Notes: generated from the letters alone by a model not told the origin. A stretch of DNA of 64,000 bases from an uncultured Bacillota bacterium (GCA_949293555.1 CASFDV010000002.1:106210-170209); one strand, 5' to 3'; numbered from the stretch's first letter, positions 7,742 to 17,807 are shown. Numbers and translations are program-made.

Positions 7742-9553
7742 ATGAAGAAGATGCCGCTCATGCTCCTCGCGCTCGCGCTCGTCGCGCTGCCGCTATCGTC
7801 ATGCGGGGACGATGTCGTCTCGGACACCGGGACTTCGGAAGCCTCCGAGTCTGTGAAGCCAGTCAGTTCCTCAACCCCCGCGAAGGAGAAGTTCACCCTC
7901 ACCTTCGAGGCGGACGGGAAGGTCGTCGAAAGCCTGACCGTGGAGGAAGGGGACTCGGCTGAGTCTCCCGTCGCGCCGGAAAAGGAAGGATATCGATTCC
8001 TGGGGTGGGCCTTCGACGAGGCGGGGAACAGCCTTGCCGATTTCCCCTATTCGCCGAGCGAATCCACGACCCTTTACGCGGTCTATCTATCGAACCTCGA
8101 CTACTTCCTTGCCGCCCGGGAGAAGACTCTCGGAGGGGAGGGCTGGCGCTACAAGGACGAGCTCGCCATCCGGACGAAGCTCGGCGCGGGCTCGCTTTCC
8201 GTAGACGGCCCCACTGGGATCCGGGACGGGGAGGTCGCCCATGACGAGGCGGGCGAAGGGACCCACTACGCCCACTACGTCAGTTCCGGCGCCCTCTTCT
8301 TCGACGGGGAAAGCACGTCCTATCGGGACGGGACATCGCTCCTCAAGGTCGAGCAGGACGAGGACGGGAACATCACGGGCGCCACTTCCGCGGTCGCCGT
8401 CCCCGGCGTCGAGGACGATGGCTCCACCTTCGCCAAGGCGATCTTCGAATATGAGGAGGAAGACATCCACGCCATTCTCGAGACCGAGGAGGAAGGCGTC
8501 TACGAGATCGACACCAAGATGAACGCCTCCAGCATCATCAAGTCGGTCCTGGGGAATCTGAACAACGCGGTCGTGGAGGCCATCGTCGGGGCCCTCCCCG
8601 AGACCGTCCCCGACTTCGCGATGTACGTCACCTTCACGGAGGATGGCCACGTCGACACGTACCTTTATGACTTCGAGGTGCAGGTCTCCGTCGCCGGCCA
8701 GCCCCAGACCATCAGCCTTTCCTACGCGCTCGACTTCACTTCCTACGGGAAGCAGGCTATCGCCGAGCCCTCCTTCCCCGGGCTATACGTCACGAGGGAT
8801 GAGATCTCCGGTTTTGTCGCCGAGGAGAAGGAAGCGATGGGGGAGTACCTGTCCTCGTCCGGGACTTCCTACGACTACGAGCTCAAGACGGACGTAGACT
8901 TCAGCGCCCTTTCCCTGGCTGACTCCATCACCGTGAAGGGTTCCACGAAGCGTGAGATCAAGGGAGGGGAAGTCTACTTCTCCAACATCGTCGAGGTCGA
9001 CCAGATGGGCTACCTCAATGAGGAGGGCGAGGAGTTCCCTGACTACAAGAGGACGCGCGGGAAGACCGCGGACGGGAAGGTCTGGGACGTGAACGACCGC
9101 GTCTGGCCGCTCTCCGACGAGATCGTCGAGGTTACGGGCGATACCTCGCTTGACGAGCACTACCTCCTCCCGTCCCTTCTCCTCGAGGGGGCCTACGTCT
9201 CGCTGGCGATCGACGGGACGGATGGCACGTCCTTCCATCTCACCAGCGCCGGCGTGATCGCCCTCATGGATTGGATCGACGATTCCGTCCGGCTCGACGA
9301 GACGGGCGCGGAGAAGCCTTCGATCTGGGGCGAGGGGAACGGATACTCCGCGCTTTCCGCGGACGAGGCCGTCCTCACGATCGCCAGGGAAGCCGGCGTC
9401 ATGACGGGCATGACCGTCTCCGTCCAAGGTTCCTACGACGCCAAGATCGGGGAGGACGAGGGAGAAGCGGACCTTTCGATCGACCTCAGCATCGCCCTTA
9501 CCGCTGACGGGGAGGACTACGTCGCCCCCGAAGATGCCGCCGACCTCGTCTAG
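7742..9553 (+). CDS. Large acidic surface lipoprotein with InlB B-repeat/Flg_new domain
   Basis: Signal peptide with lipobox LSSC, Ser/Thr linker, FTLTF...PEKEGYRFLGW...LYAVY repeat domain, beta-rich remainder. Confidence 0.8.
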   Translation: MKKMPLMLLALALVALPLSSCGDDVVSDTGTSEASESVKPVSSSTPAKEKFTLTFEADGKVVESLTVEEGDSAESPVAPEKEGYRFLGWAFDEAGNSLADFPYSPSESTTLYAVYLSNLDYFLAAREKTLGGEGWRYKDELAIRTKLGAGSLSVDGPTGIRDGEVAHDEAGEGTHYAHYVSSGALFFDGESTSYRDGTSLLKVEQDEDGNITGATSAVAVPGVEDDGSTFAKAIFEYEEEDIHAILETEEEGVYEIDTKMNASSIIKSVLGNLNNAVVEAIVGALPETVPDFAMYVTFTEDGHVDTYLYDFEVQVSVAGQPQTISLSYALDFTSYGKQAIAEPSFPGLYVTRDEISGFVAEEKEAMGEYLSSSGTSYDYELKTDVDFSALSLADSITVKGSTKREIKGGEVYFSNIVEVDQMGYLNEEGEEFPDYKRTRGKTADGKVWDVNDRVWPLSDEIVEVTGDTSLDEHYLLPSLLLEGAYVSLAIDGTDGTSFHLTSAGVIALMDWIDDSVRLDETGAEKPSIWGEGNGYSALSADEAVLTIAREAGVMTGMTVSVQGSYDAKIGEDEGEADLSIDLSIALTADGEDYVAPEDAADLV

Positions 9554-9577
9554 CTTCCATAGGAAACGCGGACGCCT

Positions 9578-9604
9578 GCCCTTCCTTCGCGGGGAGGGCT
9601 TTTT
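9578..9604 (+). terminator. Rho-independent terminator
   Basis: GCCCTTCC-loop-GGGAGGGC-TTTTT. Confidence 0.75.
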
Positions 9605-9644
9605 CTTCCTCTATATTCCTTGAGGGCTTATAGTTGCAGCCGCT

Positions 9645-9728
9645 GGGCCCATGGCGGAATGGCAGACGCGCCAGACTTAGGATCTGGTGGGGCGACCCGT
9701 GCAAGTTCGAGTCTTGTTGGGCCCACCA
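9645..9728 (+). tRNA. tRNA-Leu(TAG)
   Basis: Acceptor GGGCCCA/TGGGCCC, anticodon arm CCAGA-CTTAGGA-TCTGG, long variable arm, GTTCGA T-loop, encoded CCA. Confidence 0.96.
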
Positions 9729-9816
9729 AGCGGAACCCCCCGGCGGAAGCCGGGGTTTTCTTGTCTTCGCGGGAGCCCTTGACGGGTCTCCTACCATGAA
9801 GGAAGGAGGAATCGAT

Positions 9817-10374
9817 ATGAGAAAGAGTTTCGGCCCGCAGCCATGGCTATATCCGCAGCCCGTCCTGATCCTCGGGACGTTCGGGGAGGATGGGACGCCG
9901 GACGCGATGAACGCCGCCTGGGGAGGAATCGCCGACCAGGACGAGATCTTCGTGAGCCTGAGCCTCGACCACAAGACGGTGGAGAACATCAGGAAGAAGG
10001 GCGCCCTCACCATCTCGGTAGGCACGAGGGACATGGTCGCCGAATGCGACTACCTCGGGATCGTGAGCGGCAACAAGGTCAAGGACAAGGTCGCCCGGGC
10101 GGGGCTCACGTGGGTGCGTTCGCAAAGGGTGGACGCGCCCCTCTTCGACCAGCTGCCGCTTGCCTTCGAGTGCAAGGTCGCCTCGCTTGACGAGGAGACG
10201 GGGATCCTCCGCGCGAAGATTCTCGACACCCTCGCGGACGATTCGATTCTCACGGACGGGAAGATCGACCCGCGGAAGCTCGGGGCGATCGCCTTCGACG
10301 GGGCGACATCTACCTATCTTCTCGTCGGGGAAGAGGTCGCCAAGGCCTTCTCCGTCGGTAAGAAGCACCTTTAA
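9817..10374 (+). CDS. Flavin reductase / flavoredoxin family protein
   Basis: PQPVLILGT, AMNAAWGG, HKTVENI, DYLGIVSG; SD AGGAGG. Confidence 0.88.
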   Translation: MRKSFGPQPWLYPQPVLILGTFGEDGTPDAMNAAWGGIADQDEIFVSLSLDHKTVENIRKKGALTISVGTRDMVAECDYLGIVSGNKVKDKVARAGLTWVRSQRVDAPLFDQLPLAFECKVASLDEETGILRAKILDTLADDSILTDGKIDPRKLGAIAFDGATSTYLLVGEEVAKAFSVGKKHL

Positions 10375-11963
10375 AGGGTCGTAACGTATATTTCGTAAGG
10401 CCGGAACTCCTCGGAGATATCCTCGTAGTTATGGAGAAGGATCGTCCCCGGGATATCCGGCTTTTCGCATGTCCTGGACGAGAAGTTCGCGAAGACGCGG
10501 AGCCTTCTCTCCCCAATGCGCCTCGTGTAGCAGATCCAGTCGCCCTTCTCGAGATAGTCCGGCTCGAAGGCGCCGTCCCGGATGAGCCCGCGGTAGAGGG
10601 GATCCTTCCAGACGCGGATCGCCTCGCGGTAGAAGGCGAGGACGGAAGAGGGGTCTTTCTCCTCGCGGGCGACGTTATATTCAGGGTCGTCCTTCCCTCC
10701 GTCGATCCACGGCGTCCCGGACGTGAAGCCATAGCCCTTCCTGGCGTTCCAGCGCATGGGGATCCGCGCGTTGTCCCTCGCGGTGCTCGCCAGCGCCTCC
10801 CTTGCCTCCGGCTCGCTCATGCCCATGTCCTGGAGGATCTGGTAATGGTTGATTGCCTCGATATCCCTGTAATCCTCAATCGAATGGAACGATCCATTGA
10901 TCATTCCGATCTCATCCCCCTGATAGATGAAGGGGGTTCCGCGGAGGAAAAGGGTGGAGGCGAACATCATCTTCGCGCACTTTTTCCGGTAATGGAGGTC
11001 GCCGTAGCGGTTGAGCGCCCGCGGGAGGTCGTGGTTGTTCCAGAAGATGGTGTCCCATGACTTGCCCGGGTCGGTCATCTGCCTTTCATAGATGATGTCG
11101 CGATAGGTCCGGCAATCGAAGGGTCGGCAGCGCCACTTGCCGTACTTGGGATCGTGGAAGGCTCCCCAGTCGTTGAAGAGGAAGACCATGGATAGTTCCT
11201 CCCTCTCTGGATCGGTGTAGAGCATCCGGGACTCGGTGTCCGCGCACCAGCATTCCCCGATCGCGATGGATTCTTCCTTCCGGCCGAAGGTGCGGCGGTT
11301 CAGCTCGTGGAGCCTTTCATGGAGACGGGGGCCGTTCTGGAGGATATGGCGGTCCACCTCCTTTCCGATGTTCTCGATGACATCGAGACGGAAGCCGTAC
11401 ACCCCCTTGTCGAGCCAGTAGTTGCAGGCCTCGTAGAGGGCTTCCCTCATCCTTTCCGAGTCCCAGTTCAGGTCGGGCTGACCGGGCGCGTACAGGTGGA
11501 AATAGTAGTCCTTCGTCTCCTCGTTCCATTCCCAGGCGGAGCCCCCGAAGGTTGCCTGGATGTCGTTGGGCTTGTCGCGGAATATGTAGAACTCGCGGTA
11601 AGGGGAGTCGAGCGCGCTCCTGGCCGAGCGGAACCAAGGATGCTCTTTCGAGGTGTGGTTGAGCACCATGTCGAGGATGATGCGGATCCCTCTCTTCCCG
11701 GCCTCCTCGATGAGCATGTCCATGTCCTCGTCCGTGCCGAAGATGGGATCGACGGACTTGTAGTCGCTTATGTCGTAGCCCATGTCTTCCATCGGAGAAC
11801 GGAAGCATGGGGAAATCCAGATGGCCGTCGCCCCTAGCTTTTCGATGTAGGGAAGCCTCTTGATGATGCCTTTGAGATCGCCGATCCCGTCTCCGTCCGT
11901 GTCCTGGTAGGAACGGGGGTACACCTGGTAGATGACATCGTCTTGGAAGCGGGGATGGCTCAT
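10371..11963 (-). CDS. Oligo-1,6-glucosidase / alpha-glucosidase (GH13)
   Basis: YQVYPRS, DMVLNHTS, QPDLNW, GFRLDVI, NNHD, YQGDEIGM. Confidence 0.93.
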   Translation of the reverse strand: MSHPRFQDDVIYQVYPRSYQDTDGDGIGDLKGIIKRLPYIEKLGATAIWISPCFRSPMEDMGYDISDYKSVDPIFGTDEDMDMLIEEAGKRGIRIILDMVLNHTSKEHPWFRSARSALDSPYREFYIFRDKPNDIQATFGGSAWEWNEETKDYYFHLYAPGQPDLNWDSERMREALYEACNYWLDKGVYGFRLDVIENIGKEVDRHILQNGPRLHERLHELNRRTFGRKEESIAIGECWCADTESRMLYTDPEREELSMVFLFNDWGAFHDPKYGKWRCRPFDCRTYRDIIYERQMTDPGKSWDTIFWNNHDLPRALNRYGDLHYRKKCAKMMFASTLFLRGTPFIYQGDEIGMINGSFHSIEDYRDIEAINHYQILQDMGMSEPEAREALASTARDNARIPMRWNARKGYGFTSGTPWIDGGKDDPEYNVAREEKDPSSVLAFYREAIRVWKDPLYRGLIRDGAFEPDYLEKGDWICYTRRIGERRLRVFANFSSRTCEKPDIPGTILLHNYEDISEEFRPYEIYVTTL

Positions 11964-12013
11964 GGTTCTCTCCTTTTGGTTGGTCCTTATAGTATAGGAG
12001 AGGAGGATTTCCT

Positions 12014-12955
12014 ATGGGCTTCTTGACGATGGACTCTCCCTTCCGGGAATACTTGGATTCCGATTTCAGGAAAGGTTTCGGGGACTTCTTCCTTCCTCTC
12101 AGGGTTAAGGAGGAAGAACTCCGCGGGCTGACGATCGGGGAGGCCCTCGCTCGGAACGGGATCGAGGAACGGCTCCGGGAAGACACCCTTGAAGGAATGG
12201 AGGATGCCATGGATAGGGATCTTCCTTCCTTCGGGCACGTTCTTCCTCATAACAAGGCGAGCCGCTACCTCTCCTATGAAATCCCGGGGGAGAAGGGAAA
12301 GGTCATCATTCTTCCCGGGGGCGGCTACGAGTACGTGGCCGGGTTCGTCGAGGGCTACCCGATTGCCAGGGAGTTCAACAAGCTCGGCTATAGCGCATAT
12401 GTGCTGAACTATTCCGTCGGGGAGGAGGCGCGCTTCCCTCGTCCTCTCTTCGACGTCGCGGGTTCGGTCACGGACATCATCCCCCCTGGTTCCAGGAGAT
12501 ACGCCCTCCTCGGCTTTTCCGCAGGCGGGCACCTTGCCTCCTATTTCTGCACGAGGGAGGCCCAGGCGATGACGGCGATGGTTGCCAGGCCGGGAGCGCT
12601 TCTTCTCGGCTACCCCGTGATCACCATGCGGAACGCCACTCATGGAGGATCTAGGCTCCGCGTCCTTGGCGAGGATATGAGCGATGCTCGCATGGACATG
12701 CTTAGCGTGGAAAGGCACATCGACCCTGGCTACCCGCCGACATACTGCTGGTGCGGGGAAAAGGATGATTGCGTGCCGTCAAAGAATTCCCACGATTTAG
12801 AAAAGGCTTTGCGGGAAAACAACGTGGAACATGATTTTTTCTACGGGGATTTCGCCAAGCATGGCCTAGGAGACGGTCACGATAGCCCGATGGAGGGTTG
12901 GATCGGGCATGCGGCGGGCCTTTTGGACCGTTGGCTTGATGATTATTTCTTCTAA
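12014..12955 (+). CDS. Alpha/beta hydrolase (acetyl esterase-like)
   Basis: PGGGY oxyanion motif, GFSAGG nucleophile, YPVITM, D..V and H-G-L-G. Confidence 0.88.
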   Translation: MGFLTMDSPFREYLDSDFRKGFGDFFLPLRVKEEELRGLTIGEALARNGIEERLREDTLEGMEDAMDRDLPSFGHVLPHNKASRYLSYEIPGEKGKVIILPGGGYEYVAGFVEGYPIAREFNKLGYSAYVLNYSVGEEARFPRPLFDVAGSVTDIIPPGSRRYALLGFSAGGHLASYFCTREAQAMTAMVARPGALLLGYPVITMRNATHGGSRLRVLGEDMSDARMDMLSVERHIDPGYPPTYCWCGEKDDCVPSKNSHDLEKALRENNVEHDFFYGDFAKHGLGDGHDSPMEGWIGHAAGLLDRWLDDYFF

Positions 12956-13042
12956 ACCCTCCTCTTTTTCCTTCTTTTTGTCTATAAGAGGATTCGCTCG
13001 GTTTCTTCATGCCTAATCGAGGTGATACAATCACCTCGGCTT

Positions 13043-14461
13043 ATGAGCGAGACCCGGAACGTGGACACTCCCGCCGAGCGGGAAGGGGAGAAGAAAGACC
13101 ACAGGAAGAGGAACTACATCATCACCCTTCTTTTGCTTTTCCTTCTGACCGCGGGCTCCCTTCTCTTCGCCTTCTATGGCGCTGGCGATGGCGACATCGT
13201 CGCCGGGTGGAACCAGATCGTGGACGCCATCGCTTCCGCGAACATCTGGTGGCTCGTCGGGATCCTCGGCATCATGGCGGCCTCCTATCTGGTGGATGGT
13301 CTGGTCATCTACGTGTTCGCTCGGCTTTACACGAGGCGCTACCACTTCTACCAAGGATGCGTGGTCGGCCTCATCGGCGCTTTCTACAACAACGTCACCC
13401 CCAGCGCTTCGGGCGGGCAGCCGATGCAGGCCTACATCATGAAGACGCAGGGGCTCGAGATCAGCAATGCCGCCTCGATCATGGTCATGTGGTTCATCTG
13501 CTATCAGATTTCCCTCATTTCCTTGGATATCGTCGCCATCGGCGTGGAATGGGAGCAAATCATGGCGATCACATCCTTCGCCATCCCCGGCGTCTCCATC
13601 GGCGGCTGGCACGGCGAGATCCCGATGGTGCCCCTCATCGTGATCGGATTCCTCCTGAACCTTTCCGTCATCGGGATCGTCCTCATGATGTCCTTGTCCC
13701 GGAGGTTCCAGAACTTCGTCCTCCACTACGTGGTGAGCTTCCTTGCGAAGATCCGCCTTCTGAAGAAGCCGGACAAGACGAGGGAGAACCTGCGGGTGCA
13801 GGTTGAGAACTTCCGGATAGAGCTGAAGCGCCTTTTCGGGAACATCCCCGCGTTCATCCTGGTCTTCGTCCTGCTCACGATCGTCTTGCTGCTCCGCTTC
13901 TCCGTTCCTTACTTCGCAGGGCTTTCCCTCGATGCCTATGGCTGGGAGGTCGGCTACGACTTCTCGGAAATGTGGGATGGGATCTTCCGCAGCTCCTTCC
14001 ATCAGATGGTGACGGGCCTCATCCCGACTCCTGGAAGCGCCGGCGTCTCCGAGCTCTTCTTCACCGCGATGTTCAACGACTTCTACAAAGACACCCTCCT
14101 CGTGGATGCGGACGGGACGAGCGTCGTCGTCCGTTCCGCCTCGGCGAACATGATGGCCATCCAGATCCTCTGGAGGACCGCGACCTACTACCTCGTCCTT
14201 CTCGTCGGAGGGCTCGTCGCCTCCTTCTACCGCAGCCGCCCGAAGGAGATGTACCGCTATGCCAACCGCCAGACCTTCGTCGACCTCCAGCTTTCCACCT
14301 TCGAGGAACGTAGGCGCTCCGTGGACACCCTCTATGAGACCCGCCAGCTTTCCAGGAGGGCGATCCTCCGCGAGGTGGAGCCCCTTCCCAAGGGGCAGGA
14401 GACAGGCGACGCGGAGTTCGACTATCCGGTCGCCCATAGGAAGGACGGGGAACAGGGATGA
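13043..14461 (+). CDS. Lysylphosphatidylglycerol synthase TM / YbhN flippase-like membrane protein
   Basis: NNVTPSASGGQP, IPTPGSAGVSE, ILWR motifs; multiple TM helices. Confidence 0.85.
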   Translation: MSETRNVDTPAEREGEKKDHRKRNYIITLLLLFLLTAGSLLFAFYGAGDGDIVAGWNQIVDAIASANIWWLVGILGIMAASYLVDGLVIYVFARLYTRRYHFYQGCVVGLIGAFYNNVTPSASGGQPMQAYIMKTQGLEISNAASIMVMWFICYQISLISLDIVAIGVEWEQIMAITSFAIPGVSIGGWHGEIPMVPLIVIGFLLNLSVIGIVLMMSLSRRFQNFVLHYVVSFLAKIRLLKKPDKTRENLRVQVENFRIELKRLFGNIPAFILVFVLLTIVLLLRFSVPYFAGLSLDAYGWEVGYDFSEMWDGIFRSSFHQMVTGLIPTPGSAGVSELFFTAMFNDFYKDTLLVDADGTSVVVRSASANMMAIQILWRTATYYLVLLVGGLVASFYRSRPKEMYRYANRQTFVDLQLSTFEERRRSVDTLYETRQLSRRAILREVEPLPKGQETGDAEFDYPVAHRKDGEQG

Positions 14462-15642
14462 AAGTCGCCCTCTTCAGCGATACCTTCCCGCCCGAGAGGA
14501 ACGGGGTCGCGACTTCCTGCCGCTCGCTTTACCGCACCCTCCGCTCTCACGGGGACGAGTGCTACGTGATCACCACGAACCCCGAGGACACGGGGATCGT
14601 GAGGGAAGGGGATGATGGCTCCATCATCCGTCTGCCTGGACTCCGCCTGAAGTGGCTCTACGACTATAGGGCCGCCTTCTTCTATAGCCCCACCGCCATG
14701 AAGATCCTCCAGGACTGGAAGCCGGACGTCGCCCACATCCAGACGGACGCGGGGATCGGTCGCTTCGGGTTCCTCGCCGCGAGCAAGCTCGGCATCCCGA
14801 CCGTCTACACCTTCCACACGATGGTGGAGGACTACACCTACTACGTGACGAAAGGGGTGCTCGACAGGGCGGCCAAGGGCATCGTCCGGAGCTATATCCG
14901 CCATATGTCGCTTGCCGCCGACGAGTTCATCACCCCGAGCGAGAAAATCCGTGAATATATGCGCACCATCGGGGTGGACGCCCAGGTGAACATCGTTCCT
15001 ACGGGGACGGATTTCTCCCTCTACGACCCTTCCTCGATCCCGGAAAAGGAGGTCGAGGAGCTCAGGGAAAGGCTCGGCATCCCCAAGGACGCGTTCGTCT
15101 TCCTTTTCCTAGGGAGGGTCGCCAAGGAGAAGTCCGTGGACCTGCTCCTGAAGGGCTATGCCTCCTTCCTCGCCCTGAAGGGGAAGAAAGACACGCGCTT
15201 CGTGATCGTGGGAGGAGGTCCCGCCCTTGAGTCCCTTGAGGAGATGGCCAAATCCCTCGGGATATCCGGGAAGGTGATCTTCACGGGCCCGGTCAGCCCC
15301 GACGTGACGCCTCTTTACTACCAGCTGGGGGATGTCTTCCTGAGCGCCTCCGTCACGGAGACCCAGGGACTCACCTTCCAGGAGGCCGTCGCGGCTAGGC
15401 TCGTCCTCCTGGCCCGTTACGACGACGCGCTCGTGGAGACCGTCAAGGACGGGGAGACAGGTTTCTTCTACGTCGATGAGAAAGACCTTGCGAGAAAGAT
15501 GGTGGGCATATTGGCACTTCCCGAGGCTAAAAGAAGGGTGATGGAGGAGAAGGCGCTCAAGGTGATCGAGCCTTATTCGCTGGATGCCTTCCATCGGAAC
15601 ATCAGGAAGGTTTACGAGCGTGCCATCAGGAAGAATTGGTGA
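14458..15642 (+). CDS. GT4 glycosyltransferase, probable 1,2-diacylglycerol 3-alpha-glucosyltransferase
   Basis: FSDTFPPERNGVATS, TFHTM, GRVAKEK, ETQGLTFQEA. Confidence 0.88.
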   Translation: MKVALFSDTFPPERNGVATSCRSLYRTLRSHGDECYVITTNPEDTGIVREGDDGSIIRLPGLRLKWLYDYRAAFFYSPTAMKILQDWKPDVAHIQTDAGIGRFGFLAASKLGIPTVYTFHTMVEDYTYYVTKGVLDRAAKGIVRSYIRHMSLAADEFITPSEKIREYMRTIGVDAQVNIVPTGTDFSLYDPSSIPEKEVEELRERLGIPKDAFVFLFLGRVAKEKSVDLLLKGYASFLALKGKKDTRFVIVGGGPALESLEEMAKSLGISGKVIFTGPVSPDVTPLYYQLGDVFLSASVTETQGLTFQEAVAARLVLLARYDDALVETVKDGETGFFYVDEKDLARKMVGILALPEAKRRVMEEKALKVIEPYSLDAFHRNIRKVYERAIRKNW

Positions 15643-16414
15643 GGAAGTCGTCTCTGTCTCCCGCCTCAAGGGCGGGAAGTTCCGCGTGAGGATCGGCGCG
15701 GATTCCTTTCTTCTCGTGGAAAGGGCCTACGTCGAACTCATGCCCTACAAGGGCAAGAAGGTGTCCCCGGAGGAGAAGGCCCGCTACCTGGAGCTCGAGA
15801 AGGAAGGAAGGGTGCTCGCCTTCGGGGAAGGGCTGGCGCTAAGGAGGAGGCTTTCCCCCATGAAGATGTACCGGGCCCTCCTCAAGAAGGCGGAAGGAAA
15901 CAAGGTCCTTGCGATGAAGGTGCAAGGGATCCTGAAGGAAGAGGGTCTCATCGACGAACGGGCGTTCGCGGAGGAATACGCGGAGGAGCATTCCTTCCGG
16001 GGGGTCGGTCCCCGGAGGATCCTCGAAGGGCTCGCGGAGGAGGGGGTATCCAGGGAAACGAGGGCATCCCTTTCTCTGAAGGAGGACGAGAAGAAGGCGC
16101 GGGACTACCTTCCCCTGATGGAACGGAAGTTCGGATTCCTCCCCAAGAGGGAAAGGGTCGAGAAGGGGACCGGCTTTCTAGTGAGGAAAGGGTTTTCTGA
16201 AGGACTATCTCGGAAAGTTTCTTCCGAAATCCGAGAAAATAGCCAGGAACGAAAGAAATATCTGAAGACTACCTTTCTTAAGATAAGGACAAGGCTGGAA
16301 GGAAGGTATAATGATGGGGAAGTGAGGTCCAGAGTCCGTCTCGCCCTTCTTGCGAAAGGATTCTCCCTCCAAGAGATCGAAGAGGAGGAGCGTTCGCATG
16401 AGCAGGATCGCTGA
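15620..16414 (+). CDS. recX: RecX family regulator (start uncertain, 15584 or 15620)
   Basis: GLIDERAFAE, GPRRI...L...GV, FLVRKGFS, LLAKGFS helical repeats. Confidence 0.75.
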   Translation: MPSGRIGEEVVSVSRLKGGKFRVRIGADSFLLVERAYVELMPYKGKKVSPEEKARYLELEKEGRVLAFGEGLALRRRLSPMKMYRALLKKAEGNKVLAMKVQGILKEEGLIDERAFAEEYAEEHSFRGVGPRRILEGLAEEGVSRETRASLSLKEDEKKARDYLPLMERKFGFLPKRERVEKGTGFLVRKGFSEGLSRKVSSEIRENSQERKKYLKTTFLKIRTRLEGRYNDGEVRSRVRLALLAKGFSLQEIEEEERSHEQDR

Positions 16415-17348
16415 TTTGAAAGACGGGGACCGCGTCTTCGAGCAATACATGGTGAAGGCTTCCGACTGCCTGACCTCGAACGCCGGGAAGAACTACCTGA
16501 GCCTCACCCTCCAGGATTCCACAGGGACGATCTCCGCGAAGAAGTGGGAGGTCGACCCTGGCGATACGGAGATCCTCGCACCTGGGGAGGTCGTCTCGGT
16601 GGAAGGGGCCGTCCTTTCCTACAAAGGCCAGCTCCAGATGAAGATCCTCTCCGTCGATACGGTGGATCCTGCCTTGGTCGACTATTCGAGGCTTCTCCCC
16701 GTCGCCCCCGAGGACCCCAAGGACATGGAGAAGGAAGTCGACGGCCTTCTTTCCTCCATCCGGAACGAGGACCTCCGGAAGCTTGCCATCGCGCTCATCG
16801 ACCGCCATCGGAACGCCTATTTCTCGCACCCTGCCGCCGTGACGAACCATCACGCCTTCCTTGGCGGGCTTGCCTACCATTCCCTCTCGATGGCAAGGCT
16901 CGCGGAGAAGGTTGCCGCCCTTTACCCGACCCTTGACCGCGACTTCCTCGTCGCCGGCGCCCTTGTGCACGACATCGGCAAGACCATCGAGCTTTCTGGC
17001 GCGGTGGCGACCCGCTACACCCTCGAGGGGAAGCTGCTCGGGCATATCGTCCTTCTCGTCGGGGAAATTCGTGAGGAAGCCGATCGGCTCGGCCTTTCCG
17101 GGGAAACCCCCGTTCTTCTCGAGCACATGGTGCTTTCCCACCACACGAAGCCGGAGTTCGGCTCTCCCGTCCCTCCTTTGACCAAGGAGGCGGTCGTCCT
17201 CGGGATGATCGACGACATGGACGCGAAGATCAACATGATGGACCGCATCCTCCAGTCCGTGGAGCCCGGGGAGTGGTCGACCAAGCAGCACGCCCTCGAC
17301 GAGCGCTGTCTCTACCGCCCCTTGGGAAGAGAAAAGGACGGGGAGTAG
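16398..17348 (+). CDS. yhaM: 3'-5' exoribonuclease YhaM (OB + HD)
   Basis: LQDSTGTI, PAA..NHH..GGL..H, HDIGK, LLGHI, HMVLSHH. Confidence 0.93.
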   Translation: MSRIADLKDGDRVFEQYMVKASDCLTSNAGKNYLSLTLQDSTGTISAKKWEVDPGDTEILAPGEVVSVEGAVLSYKGQLQMKILSVDTVDPALVDYSRLLPVAPEDPKDMEKEVDGLLSSIRNEDLRKLAIALIDRHRNAYFSHPAAVTNHHAFLGGLAYHSLSMARLAEKVAALYPTLDRDFLVAGALVHDIGKTIELSGAVATRYTLEGKLLGHIVLLVGEIREEADRLGLSGETPVLLEHMVLSHHTKPEFGSPVPPLTKEAVVLGMIDDMDAKINMMDRILQSVEPGEWSTKQHALDERCLYRPLGREKDGE

Positions 17349-17387
17349 CCCCGCCCTTCCGGAAGCCTTCTTCAGGGAAGGCTTTTT

Positions 17388-17807
17388 CTATTCCCCGACC
17401 TCGCCTTTGATCTTCTCGGCGAGCGTCTGCATCTCGATCATCGGGACGTCCTGGCCCTTCATGGTGATCTGGAAGCCAGGGTCCCCCTGGATGTAGCGGG
17501 GCACGACGTGCACGTGGAAATGCATGACCGACTGCCCGGCCACGGGGCCGACGTTCGTGAGGATGTTGATCCCCTGGGCGCCCAGGACCACCATCTCGGC
17601 CTGGCCGATCCTCTGGGCCACGTCCATGACCTTGTGGAGGGTTTCCTGCGGGCAGCTGAGGAAGTCGTCGTAGTGGCGCTTGGGCATCACGAGGGCATGC
17701 CCTTTCGTCGTCTGGGAGATGTCGAGGATGGCGAGGACGTCGTCGTCCTCGTAGATCTTGGAGGAGGGGATTTCCCCATCGATGATGCGGCAGAAGATGT
17801 CCTTCAT
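17388..17807 (-). CDS. hit: HIT family nucleotide hydrolase
   Basis: DIFCRII, GHALVMPK, GQSVMHFHVHVVPR. Confidence 0.95.
   Translation of the reverse strand: MKDIFCRIIDGEIPSSKIYEDDDVLAILDISQTTKGHALVMPKRHYDDFLSCPQETLHKVMDVAQRIGQAEMVVLGAQGINILTNVGPVAGQSVMHFHVHVVPRYIQGDPGFQITMKGQDVPMIEMQTLAEKIKGEVGE

Noticed and set aside
7622-7745. CT slippage fusing the leader in frame with the lipoprotein
   Set aside because: The lipoprotein frame is blocked by TAG at 7646-7648; only the frame ending in the ATGA overlap is open
9645-9760. tRNA-Leu as integration site of the accessory block
   Set aside because: No integrase and no duplicated tRNA 3' end seen; the block lies upstream of the tRNA
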